The notes under the pieces: model-generated
Databases searched by the model: none
What the model saw: only the letters and a program-made list of their open reading frames with translations
Told to the model about the DNA's origin: nothing
Made by a program: the position numbers and the translations under genes
Shown here: piece by piece, positions 27,327-36,756 of the stretch
Numbering within the stretch: position 1 is the stretch's first letter
How the letters are laid out: the number at the start of each line of letters is the position of its first letter
DNA from: an uncultured Bacilli bacterium
GTDB taxonomy: Bacteria; Bacillota_I; Bacilli_A; RF39; UBA660
Assembly: GCA_947626115.1 (NCBI GenBank)
Contig: CANQQX010000005.1
Coordinates: 1-53,431 of the forward strand
Length of the DNA stretch: 53,431 nt
Direction: 5' to 3'

Positions 27327-30300
27327 ATGAAAGAAAAATTTAAATACTTATTAGTATTTTTAATAACTATAATTTTATTACCAATAAGTGTTTTGGCAAA
27401 AGAATCAGTAGAGTTAAAAATTGATAAAACTGATTTAAAAGTTGGTGATGAAGTAAAAGTAACTGCGAGTGTACCAAATAAAATGGAAGCATATGCTATT
27501 ATGGCAACATTAAAGTATGACAAAAATGTTTTTCAAATAGTTAATGATAGTAATTTTACTATTAAAAATGATGAAAGTATTAAATATAGTAAAGAAACAA
27601 ATAAATTTGGTATTATTAATAAAACAGGCAAAATATCTCTAAATGACGGAGATACACTTTTTACGGTTAATTTAAAAGTTAAAGATGATGCTAATGTTGG
27701 AAATACTAATATAGCTCTAACTAATATTACTTATACTGATGGCGATAAGGTGCAAAATTTAGATACAACATCTCTTAAAATATTAGTTACAAAAGATGCC
27801 AAAGATGGCGAAATAGTACCAGCAAATAAAGAAAATGAAATAGTTGAAGATGAAGAAAATATTATTAAAACATATAATAATATTCCCCTTATAATATTTT
27901 TGGGTATATTAGATGTCATTGGGTTAATTACTATTTTAATTATTAATAATAAAAATAAAGAGAATAATGATGATAAGAAAAAGAAAACAATTTTTGCTTT
28001 AATAGCATTAGAAATTGTTTTAGCACTAATAACTATAATTCTACTTTGGTTAAATTTTAATAAAACTGATGTCAATAATGATGGTAAAAAAGATTATCAT
28101 GATGCTGAAGAAATAATTGATTATTTAATTAATATTGAAGGAACAAAAGAAAAAAATAAAACAAATACTAATAAATATGATGTCAATAATGATGGCAAAG
28201 TAGATATTGAAGATATAGGTAATACTACGGAACAAATTGAAGATAATACTAAAGTAACTTTAAAAGAATTAAAAGAAGATAATGAATATTATGTTGAAAA
28301 GGGTAAAATAACGCTTAAATTTACGGCTGAAATTACACCAAAAGAAGCTAAAATAACTAAAGTTAAAATAGATAATAAATATTACAATGTAGAATTAGTA
28401 AGTGGAGTATATATAGCTATCGTAGATAATAAAGAAGCTGGTGTACATAATTTTGTAATTGAAGAAGTTGAACTTTCTAATGGAGTGAAAAGAAAAACTA
28501 ATTTAAAAATTACTAAAGAAGTATTAAAAGATCGTCCGGTAGTAGATGATTTAAGTCATGACATTAGAACTAGTGAATTATCTTTTACTGTAAAAGATAA
28601 AGATAAAGCTTTGCAAAGTGCTAGGATAACTGTTTTTGAAGGTAATATAACCGAAGAAGATATTAAAAATAGCGCTATTCAAACAAATCCTGATGATTTT
28701 GATAATTTTAAAGTAGTTTTTGAAGAAGAATTAGATCTTACTAAAAATTCATTTACTTTTAAACCAAAATTAGATATTGGTGGAGTTTATACTATTGTTA
28801 TTACGGGTAAATATGATTTAGACAGTAAAATTGGTGATAACAATAATTATGAAGAACAATTTCTTAATAATGGTTTAAATGTTATTACTGTGGGTAAAAT
28901 TACTATTACACCAAAAAGTACCGATGAAATATTTTTAACTAAAAAAACAAATCATGATTATTTATTTGATGTTGATTTTGAACCACAAATTATTGCTCAA
29001 GATGTTAAACAAGTTTTAATTGGGGAACAATATGTTGATGTAACTTATGAAGATGGTCATCTTAAATTAGTTCTTGATGATAATAAAATTGCTGGTGCTA
29101 AAAATATTATTATTAGTGCAGTTAAATTAGAAGATGGAACTGATGTTTTGTGTCATTATGAAATTAGTTATGATGTTTTAAAAGATGAACCAACAATAGA
29201 AAACTTTGTTTATCATAAAAAAACAAATAAAATTACTTTTGCTTTAAAAGATAATGATAATGCAATTAAAGATGCCAATATCAAAATAACTAATAAAGAT
29301 AATAAAGAAGTTTTTGCGGAAAATTTAAGTTTAGATACGAAAGATTATGCTTATAATAATATCAATTTAAAAGAAGGAGATACTTATAATATCAATATAG
29401 TTGGTAATTATGATTTAGATAGTAATGTCAATAATGATGCTAATGATGGCACGGCCAAATATGAACATAATCTTACTATTTATAATGTTGAATTACAAAA
29501 TGCTAATGAAGAAGAAGTTTATTATACTGAAAAAGGGGAAGAAATAACTTTAAAATTTAAAGCAATAATAAATCCAACTAATGAAGATGCTAAAATTAGT
29601 CAAGTTACCATTGGTGATGGCGTATATGAACCACAAAAAGATGAAAATGGTATCTATAGTGTTACTATTACTGCCCCAAATAAAGCCGAAGAAAAAAAAT
29701 ATACAATTAGAAATGTAATAATGGATGATGAAGATATAGATGAAAGCTTGTCTTTAAAAGTAGATGTTTTAAAAGACGTTCCTACAATAGAAGATTTATT
29801 AATTGATGAATCAAAAAATATTCCGGTTATAAGCTTTACTATAAAAGATCCGGATAATGCTTTAGATAAAAATGCTATTGGTAATTTAGTTATAGCTAAA
29901 GATGGTGGTAAAACCGAAACAATTGCCATAGATAAAGATTTCAAGGAAATTGCCTTAGATGCATTTGCAGATGAACTTGCTGGTAGTACTTTTGATTTAG
30001 ATATTAAAGCGAATTATAGTCGTCATAACTGTGAAAATGCTAGTAAATATAAGGAAGTGGATAAAAAATTAATTGATACTAAACAATTTAAAATATATAC
30101 AGCTACTTTAACGCCAGAAAGTAATAAAAACTTTGTACCTAAAAATGAAATAGTAGAATTTAAATTAAAATCAGATATTAAACCTAATGATGGTTCTACG
30201 ATAAAATCATTTGTGCTTGAAAATAATAAAGTTGTTGATGCTAGTAAAATAAATGATGGATCATATGCAATCAATTTAGAAACATTAAATGTAGCTGGTG

Positions 30301-33300
30301 ATAAAACTTATAAAATAGAAAAAATAATTTTAGAAAATGATATTGAAATAAAAGCTACTGCTAATATTTCTGTATATGTATTAAAAGATATTCCATATGT
30401 TAACAAATTGAATTTAAATGAAGATAATGAATCGATAAGCTATGAATTACATGATCCAGATAATGCACTTACTAGTGGAACAATCACAATTACTGGAAAA
30501 GATGATCAAAATCTTACAGAAAATGTTCAAAAAAGTGGTAAAGCTACTATAAATTATAATTTTCAAGATGGTGAAAGTTATGTAGTTAAAGTTATTGGTA
30601 GTTATGATTTAGATTCTAATAAAGAAAATAAACAAAATAGTGTTGATAATAAGGAGATGTCTTTAGAATCTTTCATAGTAGGTGGCGAATATAATTTTAC
30701 TCTTACTAATGCTAGTATTACAGATGCTCTTAAACCTAATGAATATCCAATATTAACATTTAAAAGTACTAATACTAGAAGTACATTTATAAATAGAGCA
30801 GAATTAACCATTGATGGTGAAAGTAGTCAATATGAAGTTACTAAAATTGATAAAGATACATATCAAATAGAATTATCTAATGTAGATATTAATCCAGGCA
30901 AACATACAGTTACTTTAGATAAAGTTAGTATGAATAATGGGGCTAAAACATTTGAAAATACAAAAGATTATAAAGTAAACGAATTAACTTATACTGTTTT
31001 AAAAGAAGCTCCTAAAGCGGATGGATTAACACTAAGTGTAAATAAAGCTAATAAAAGTGTTGTAGCTAATTTTAGTATAATTGATTCAAATAATGCTCTT
31101 AAAAAATTAAATGTGGCTTTAGTTGATTCAACTGGTAAAATAGTTTCTACTAAAGTTCTTAATTATGCTGAATTTGCTAGTAAAGATACAATAAAAGTTG
31201 AACTTTCTTATAATGGCAATACTGATGGCAGATATACCGTAAAAGTTTTAGCAGATTATGAACTTGCTCAAAAATATTTCTATGCTAATGAATGTATTGG
31301 CGAAAATACAGTTTTAGTTTATAGTAATGATGAAATTAGAATTGATAGAATGTATGTAGTTAACGATAGAAATGTTGAACAAGTTGATGGTTTATTCCCA
31401 ACCAAGATGCAAAAGAATTATCAAATTGCGGTGGAAGTAACAATCGCTGATTCTGTTAAAGCCCGTGGTTATGGTAGAGTATCTGGAGTAACTATCAATG
31501 GCGTTAATTATCCAGCTAACCAAATAAGTGGTTATAAATCTAAAGTTTATATTAATGTTCCTGCCACTGCGGGTGTAATTGAATTAACTGCTAATCGGGT
31601 TCAACTAGCTAATGATGGTTATTATAAAATATATAATGATTATTATTCTGTACCAGAAACGACTTTAAAATTAGATGTTTTAAAAGATAAACCAAAAATA
31701 GAAAATCTAGAAATTGAAGAAGATTATGAGAAAAAAGAAGTTACCTTTAATTTTGATGTAGTATTAGATGAAACTGCTAAAAGTGATGAATTTACGGATG
31801 GAACTATTACTTTAAATGGTGTAGATAAAGATATCAAAGTAGGACCAAATAATATTACCTTTACTAATGTAGATCAAAATAAAACTTATGATTTAATATT
31901 TAAGGGAACATATGATTTAGATACTAATACCTTTGATGACATAAGTAATGAGAAAAATAAAACTGTTAAAGGTGAATTTTATCGAGTAAAATATGGTTTA
32001 TATAATGATAATACATATGAAACAATAAATATTACTGATGCCAAGCTTGTTAGTGAAAAAGGTAATAAATATTTTGAAAAAAATGAAAAAGTTAAATTAC
32101 AATTTAAAGTTTCTGGTCTTAATGAAAATTTAGGTGTATTACCTAGCAAAGTAGTTATTAAAGATGAAGAATATAATTTAACAAAATTAGATGATAATTA
32201 TTATGAATTAATAATAGATGGTTATTCTAGTTTTGGCGAAAAAGCAATAACTATTACCGATATAATTTTAGATAATAGTAAAAAAGTTACTTTAACTGAG
32301 CCATTTACCTTTAATCCTGAAGTATTAAAAGACGCTATTAAAATAAATGATTATAAGTATAAAGTTGATGATGATAATATTACAATTAATATCGATTTAG
32401 ATGATGCCGATGGTGCAATAGTAGGATTTGCTAATGTAACAGTAACTGATGAAAAAGGAAAAGAACTATATAATAATAATTATCAAAATGAAATTGTAAT
32501 TAATCGTGCAGATAAGAGTATTTTAAGATATTATGTCAAACTTACTTTAGATTATGACCGAGATATTGATAAAGGTGATGATACTGCTAACCATTATAGT
32601 GATGTTTTACTTCTTGATGAATTAATATCATTAGAGAAAAATAATATTGAATTAAAAGATATTATTGATATTAACTTATATAAATATGCTAATGATAATA
32701 ATGAAGAAAGTATCAAGAAAATTGATGAAATTTCAATTACGGAATTAAAAGATAAATTAGATTCATATTTTGTTGAAGTTGTAATGGAAAATCTGCCAGC
32801 TATTCGAACTAAAATAGTTGATGTAAAAACTGTTCAAAATCATTTGATTTTAGTTTTAGATTATGATTATGTAACTAAAGAAGGTGGAGCGAAAAACAAT
32901 TTAGAAATTGATTTTGGTGAAATAAAAGAAAATAATAAAGCTAAAAATGAATTCCACCCAGAAACTGCAATTGAATCATTAATTGCAAAATTAGAAGCAA
33001 ATGAACCAGTTACCTTAAATCAAAATTATGATTTTTCTAAAATTAAATTAGATCGTAATGTATATATTGAAAATTATTCTAGTGTATTAGATGGTAATGG
33101 TTATACTTTTAAAAACTTAAGTAAACCATTATTTGGTACTCTTACTGGTGAAGTTAAAAATTTAAATATCAATGATGTTACCTTTGATGGCAATGGCCAT
33201 GGTGCTTTAGCTAATAATACGAATGGGGCTATAATTGAATATGTTTTAGTCGATCGCGTAACAAGAACATCTACTGCTAATAATCCTAATGGTGGTTTAA

Positions 33301-36300
33301 TTGGGGTAGCAGATAATACCAAAATAAAAACTAGTCGTGTTACCAATGTACTTATAAATGCTGGTTATTATGAACAACAAAATGGTTTATTAATTGGTAA
33401 TTCAAATAATAATACTGTTGTTGAAAATTGTTATGCTGAAGGAACTATTTCTGGTGGTTATAACTATACAAGTGGATTTATAGGTAACGCTAAATCTACT
33501 ACAATGCGAAATAATTATGCTAAAGTAACTACTAGAGGTCAATCTGGTTCTGTATTTGGTTTTGCAAGTGCTTATGGTAATAACGCATCTATTTATGAAA
33601 ATAATGTAAGTATCGCAAGTAATACAAGTACAACTATGATAAGTAGTGCTAGAACTATAAATAATAACTATTTCTTCATTAATAAAGAAGCAACTAATTC
33701 AAATGGTATAACTATTATTAAAGAAGATGAAATTAATGATGATTTATTCGCAAATAGAGTTAAACTTAGTGAAGATATTTGGTATATTAAAGATGTTAAT
33801 ATAAATAATTTACCAATCTTTCAAATAGAAAAGAAATCAGTAATTAATGATAAAACAATTGAAGATTATCAAGAAAAACATGAAACATTATATAAAAATT
33901 TAATGAAATTAATGCCTTTCTTTGATGATAAAAAAATAGTAGAAACTAGTAAGAATATTCCCGAAGATAGTAATTTAGTAACTAAAACTATTAAACATAT
34001 TGTACCAGTTGATGAAAATGGTAATTTAGTTACTTATTTAACTACTGATAATCCAAAGAAAATAAAGAATATAAAAATTATATTTACTGATGGCTCTAAA
34101 GAAGAATACAAAGTTAATTATGATAAAACCTATGATATGGTAGCGTCATATAAAATTAGTGAGTTAAATATCGATTATAATTATGAGCATTATGTTATTA
34201 ATAATGATTCGCAAGTAGTAGTTAATTTAACAAATTACTTAAAAGGATTAGATTATACTAATAATTTAGATATACTAACTACTAATGCTGATTCTAGATT
34301 ATATCGTGATTTCTATAATGAAAATACTAAATATGATTTAGAAGAATTTGTCTTAAAATATTTATCTAATAGTGAATATACTAATACTTCATCAAATAGC
34401 GCAATTAATAATTATATTGAAAGTGAAGTTAAAAAAGAGCAAAAATTAGAAAAGGCTTTATATGTCTATAATTATTTAAAGAGATTCTATGATTTAGATA
34501 TTGGTGGTATGAAGTTATATGACTTTATAATGTTTAATATGAAAGGCTTTGATGAAAGTTTAACTACCGATAAAATTGTTGAATTATATTTAGGTAATGG
34601 TAGTGGGGATAATTTTAATACTAATCAAACTAATACAAGATATAATGAAGTATTAGGTAAATATACTAATTTAAATACCATACCTAAATTAGTTGAATAT
34701 TTAGTAAAAGGGTTAACTAATGCTGATTTATCAGCATGGACTCGTAGTCAAGTTAAAAGTATTTTAGTGGAAATTCCAATTGATGGACATCCAAATGTAA
34801 AATATACTTTATGGGATCATTTTATCAGTGAATCAAATGATGAGATATTAAATCAATTCTTACCAATGCTTACTTTACCAGAAGGAGCAGCTTATATAAT
34901 GTCAATGCCAGTTCAATATATAATTGGAGCGCAAAGAACATATATAGTTGATCCATCTAATCCAAGTGATGTAGAGAATTTAAAAGCGAGAATGAAAACT
35001 TATGAAACAAGAATGAAAAGATATTTTGATACTGCTTATTCAATATTAGAAGATGAAAAATTATTTAATGATATTTTAATTTATAGTGTTGATAAGAGAC
35101 TTACTAAAACAGAAACTGGTTCTGTTAGTAATACTGCTTATACAACAACTGAACCATTCCATAAAAACTTTGTCGAAGCAACTGGTTTGTGGGCGGCTGC
35201 AGCTGGAGTAAATGCTGCTGCCTGGGGTCCTCGTCTTGAATGGCAAGTAGCAGGTATTTTAGATAGTACGCTTGCTGAAGAAGGTTATAATGATACATCT
35301 CATGTTACCTTTAGAACTTGGTCACATGAATCAGCTCACCTTATTGATGCTAGATTATTCTTAAGAAATAATGGACGTCGTTTTGATGCAGGTGGCGAAG
35401 ATTATGCTGATAACTTCTTAATGCAATCATTTGATAGAAATAGTATTACAATGAATTTATCAATGATGATGGATAAAACAGCAAAAAGTGTCGAAGAAGC
35501 AACTAAAGCTAATGATGCAAAATTAGGCCCAGTAGCATCTAACCTAACACCAGAGAGAATCAATAGTCCAGAAAAGATTCATGATTTCTATCGTAAATTA
35601 TTTGAAACAGTTTATGTAATTGATTATATTGAAGCACAAGCATTCTTAAAACTTCCGGCTGATACACAAAAAGATTTAGCTATTCAAGTATCTTATCCAA
35701 ATGAAACAAAACAATTTACTAGAGTAGTTGATGAAAATGGTAAAGATACTGATCAATTTGAAGGTCCATTCTATAAAGATGATGAATTCGCTAAATATCG
35801 AGCTAGAGAAACAACTAAATATACGAGATTAAATGAATTAACTGATTTTAATACACCATTAAGAACAATGAATGATTTAATTAATAATAGAATTATGTTA
35901 TATCCTGGTGTTTATCGTTATTCATCTCGTGGTAATAATTCATATGGTGGAGAAGGAATTAATACCGTTCACTGGTATCAACCATGGAATCCAGATGGTA
36001 GACCTGATTCTTATGCTTTAAAATGGATAAGTTATGAAATGCTTGGTTGGAAGGGATATAATAATGGTTTTGTTGAATATGCAAGTAATGTTCATTATCA
36101 ACCAAATAAAATCTATTCAGATTTATCTCATCCAAAAAAAGGTACATCGACCGTAAATTATAAATCAGATAGCATGGCTTTAGCTCAAATTTCTAATAAT
36201 CGTTTCACCAACTTTAGTGATTACAAAAAATATCGCTTTAATGATATTAAAGATAAATTAGATCGCCTTGATAGTATAATTAATGTTGATGATTATATTG

Positions 36301-36554
36301 ATGCTTTTGTAGAATCGTTGCAAAAAGACGCCATTGATATTACCGAAGGAGTTCAAAGTGAACTTGATAGAGTTCCAACTTGCCCAACTGATTATTATTG
36401 TTCTCGTGGTAAATTTGCTACTTATTTATCTTATCAATATAGTACAGCATTAAGACAAGAAATATACTACAAGTTAAAAACTGAAACTAACGATTTTAGA
36501 GATGAAATTTTTAAAGATTCTACGCAACAAACTATTACTAAGTTAGCCGAATAA
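27327..36554 (+). CDS. Giant surface zinc metalloprotease (ZmpA/B/C, peptidase M26-like) with cohesin-like and dockerin-like domains
   Basis: Signal peptide, cohesin-like beta domain, two TMs, two DVNNDG Ca-binding loops, about 7 large repeats, GLUG-like motifs, and HESAH with Glu 20 residues downstream. Confidence 0.85.
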   Translation: MKEKFKYLLVFLITIILLPISVLAKESVELKIDKTDLKVGDEVKVTASVPNKMEAYAIMATLKYDKNVFQIVNDSNFTIKNDESIKYSKETNKFGIINKTGKISLNDGDTLFTVNLKVKDDANVGNTNIALTNITYTDGDKVQNLDTTSLKILVTKDAKDGEIVPANKENEIVEDEENIIKTYNNIPLIIFLGILDVIGLITILIINNKNKENNDDKKKKTIFALIALEIVLALITIILLWLNFNKTDVNNDGKKDYHDAEEIIDYLINIEGTKEKNKTNTNKYDVNNDGKVDIEDIGNTTEQIEDNTKVTLKELKEDNEYYVEKGKITLKFTAEITPKEAKITKVKIDNKYYNVELVSGVYIAIVDNKEAGVHNFVIEEVELSNGVKRKTNLKITKEVLKDRPVVDDLSHDIRTSELSFTVKDKDKALQSARITVFEGNITEEDIKNSAIQTNPDDFDNFKVVFEEELDLTKNSFTFKPKLDIGGVYTIVITGKYDLDSKIGDNNNYEEQFLNNGLNVITVGKITITPKSTDEIFLTKKTNHDYLFDVDFEPQIIAQDVKQVLIGEQYVDVTYEDGHLKLVLDDNKIAGAKNIIISAVKLEDGTDVLCHYEISYDVLKDEPTIENFVYHKKTNKITFALKDNDNAIKDANIKITNKDNKEVFAENLSLDTKDYAYNNINLKEGDTYNINIVGNYDLDSNVNNDANDGTAKYEHNLTIYNVELQNANEEEVYYTEKGEEITLKFKAIINPTNEDAKISQVTIGDGVYEPQKDENGIYSVTITAPNKAEEKKYTIRNVIMDDEDIDESLSLKVDVLKDVPTIEDLLIDESKNIPVISFTIKDPDNALDKNAIGNLVIAKDGGKTETIAIDKDFKEIALDAFADELAGSTFDLDIKANYSRHNCENASKYKEVDKKLIDTKQFKIYTATLTPESNKNFVPKNEIVEFKLKSDIKPNDGSTIKSFVLENNKVVDASKINDGSYAINLETLNVAGDKTYKIEKIILENDIEIKATANISVYVLKDIPYVNKLNLNEDNESISYELHDPDNALTSGTITITGKDDQNLTENVQKSGKATINYNFQDGESYVVKVIGSYDLDSNKENKQNSVDNKEMSLESFIVGGEYNFTLTNASITDALKPNEYPILTFKSTNTRSTFINRAELTIDGESSQYEVTKIDKDTYQIELSNVDINPGKHTVTLDKVSMNNGAKTFENTKDYKVNELTYTVLKEAPKADGLTLSVNKANKSVVANFSIIDSNNALKKLNVALVDSTGKIVSTKVLNYAEFASKDTIKVELSYNGNTDGRYTVKVLADYELAQKYFYANECIGENTVLVYSNDEIRIDRMYVVNDRNVEQVDGLFPTKMQKNYQIAVEVTIADSVKARGYGRVSGVTINGVNYPANQISGYKSKVYINVPATAGVIELTANRVQLANDGYYKIYNDYYSVPETTLKLDVLKDKPKIENLEIEEDYEKKEVTFNFDVVLDETAKSDEFTDGTITLNGVDKDIKVGPNNITFTNVDQNKTYDLIFKGTYDLDTNTFDDISNEKNKTVKGEFYRVKYGLYNDNTYETINITDAKLVSEKGNKYFEKNEKVKLQFKVSGLNENLGVLPSKVVIKDEEYNLTKLDDNYYELIIDGYSSFGEKAITITDIILDNSKKVTLTEPFTFNPEVLKDAIKINDYKYKVDDDNITINIDLDDADGAIVGFANVTVTDEKGKELYNNNYQNEIVINRADKSILRYYVKLTLDYDRDIDKGDDTANHYSDVLLLDELISLEKNNIELKDIIDINLYKYANDNNEESIKKIDEISITELKDKLDSYFVEVVMENLPAIRTKIVDVKTVQNHLILVLDYDYVTKEGGAKNNLEIDFGEIKENNKAKNEFHPETAIESLIAKLEANEPVTLNQNYDFSKIKLDRNVYIENYSSVLDGNGYTFKNLSKPLFGTLTGEVKNLNINDVTFDGNGHGALANNTNGAIIEYVLVDRVTRTSTANNPNGGLIGVADNTKIKTSRVTNVLINAGYYEQQNGLLIGNSNNNTVVENCYAEGTISGGYNYTSGFIGNAKSTTMRNNYAKVTTRGQSGSVFGFASAYGNNASIYENNVSIASNTSTTMISSARTINNNYFFINKEATNSNGITIIKEDEINDDLFANRVKLSEDIWYIKDVNINNLPIFQIEKKSVINDKTIEDYQEKHETLYKNLMKLMPFFDDKKIVETSKNIPEDSNLVTKTIKHIVPVDENGNLVTYLTTDNPKKIKNIKIIFTDGSKEEYKVNYDKTYDMVASYKISELNIDYNYEHYVINNDSQVVVNLTNYLKGLDYTNNLDILTTNADSRLYRDFYNENTKYDLEEFVLKYLSNSEYTNTSSNSAINNYIESEVKKEQKLEKALYVYNYLKRFYDLDIGGMKLYDFIMFNMKGFDESLTTDKIVELYLGNGSGDNFNTNQTNTRYNEVLGKYTNLNTIPKLVEYLVKGLTNADLSAWTRSQVKSILVEIPIDGHPNVKYTLWDHFISESNDEILNQFLPMLTLPEGAAYIMSMPVQYIIGAQRTYIVDPSNPSDVENLKARMKTYETRMKRYFDTAYSILEDEKLFNDILIYSVDKRLTKTETGSVSNTAYTTTEPFHKNFVEATGLWAAAAGVNAAAWGPRLEWQVAGILDSTLAEEGYNDTSHVTFRTWSHESAHLIDARLFLRNNGRRFDAGGEDYADNFLMQSFDRNSITMNLSMMMDKTAKSVEEATKANDAKLGPVASNLTPERINSPEKIHDFYRKLFETVYVIDYIEAQAFLKLPADTQKDLAIQVSYPNETKQFTRVVDENGKDTDQFEGPFYKDDEFAKYRARETTKYTRLNELTDFNTPLRTMNDLINNRIMLYPGVYRYSSRGNNSYGGEGINTVHWYQPWNPDGRPDSYALKWISYEMLGWKGYNNGFVEYASNVHYQPNKIYSDLSHPKKGTSTVNYKSDSMALAQISNNRFTNFSDYKKYRFNDIKDKLDRLDSIINVDDYIDAFVESLQKDAIDITEGVQSELDRVPTCPTDYYCSRGKFATYLSYQYSTALRQEIYYKLKTETNDFRDEIFKDSTQQTITKLAE

Positions 36555-36557
36555 AGC

Positions 36558-36595
36558 AAAACAGGATAATTAAAAAAATAAATTATCCTGTTTTT
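36558..36595 (+). terminator. Intrinsic terminator
   Basis: AAAACAGGATAATT / AATTATCCTGTTTT. Confidence 0.8.
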
Positions 36596-36642
36596 ATTTT
36601 CTTTTTTTAATAGCTAAATTTTTCAAAAAGATAAAAAATGTC

Positions 36643-36670
36643 TTGATTCTCGGGGGGGGTATATTATAAT
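36643..36670 (+). promoter_or_regulatory. Poly-G spacer promoter, copy 3 (G8 at 36652-36659)
   Basis: TTGATT-CTC-GGGGGGGG-TATAT-TATAAT, 16-bp spacer. Confidence 0.85.
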
Positions 36671-36756
36671 TATCTTATAATAGATAATGGTTTTATATAC
36701 ATAAATACGATATTTATGGTATAATAAAAAAGATAATAAAGAGAAAGTTATTATAG

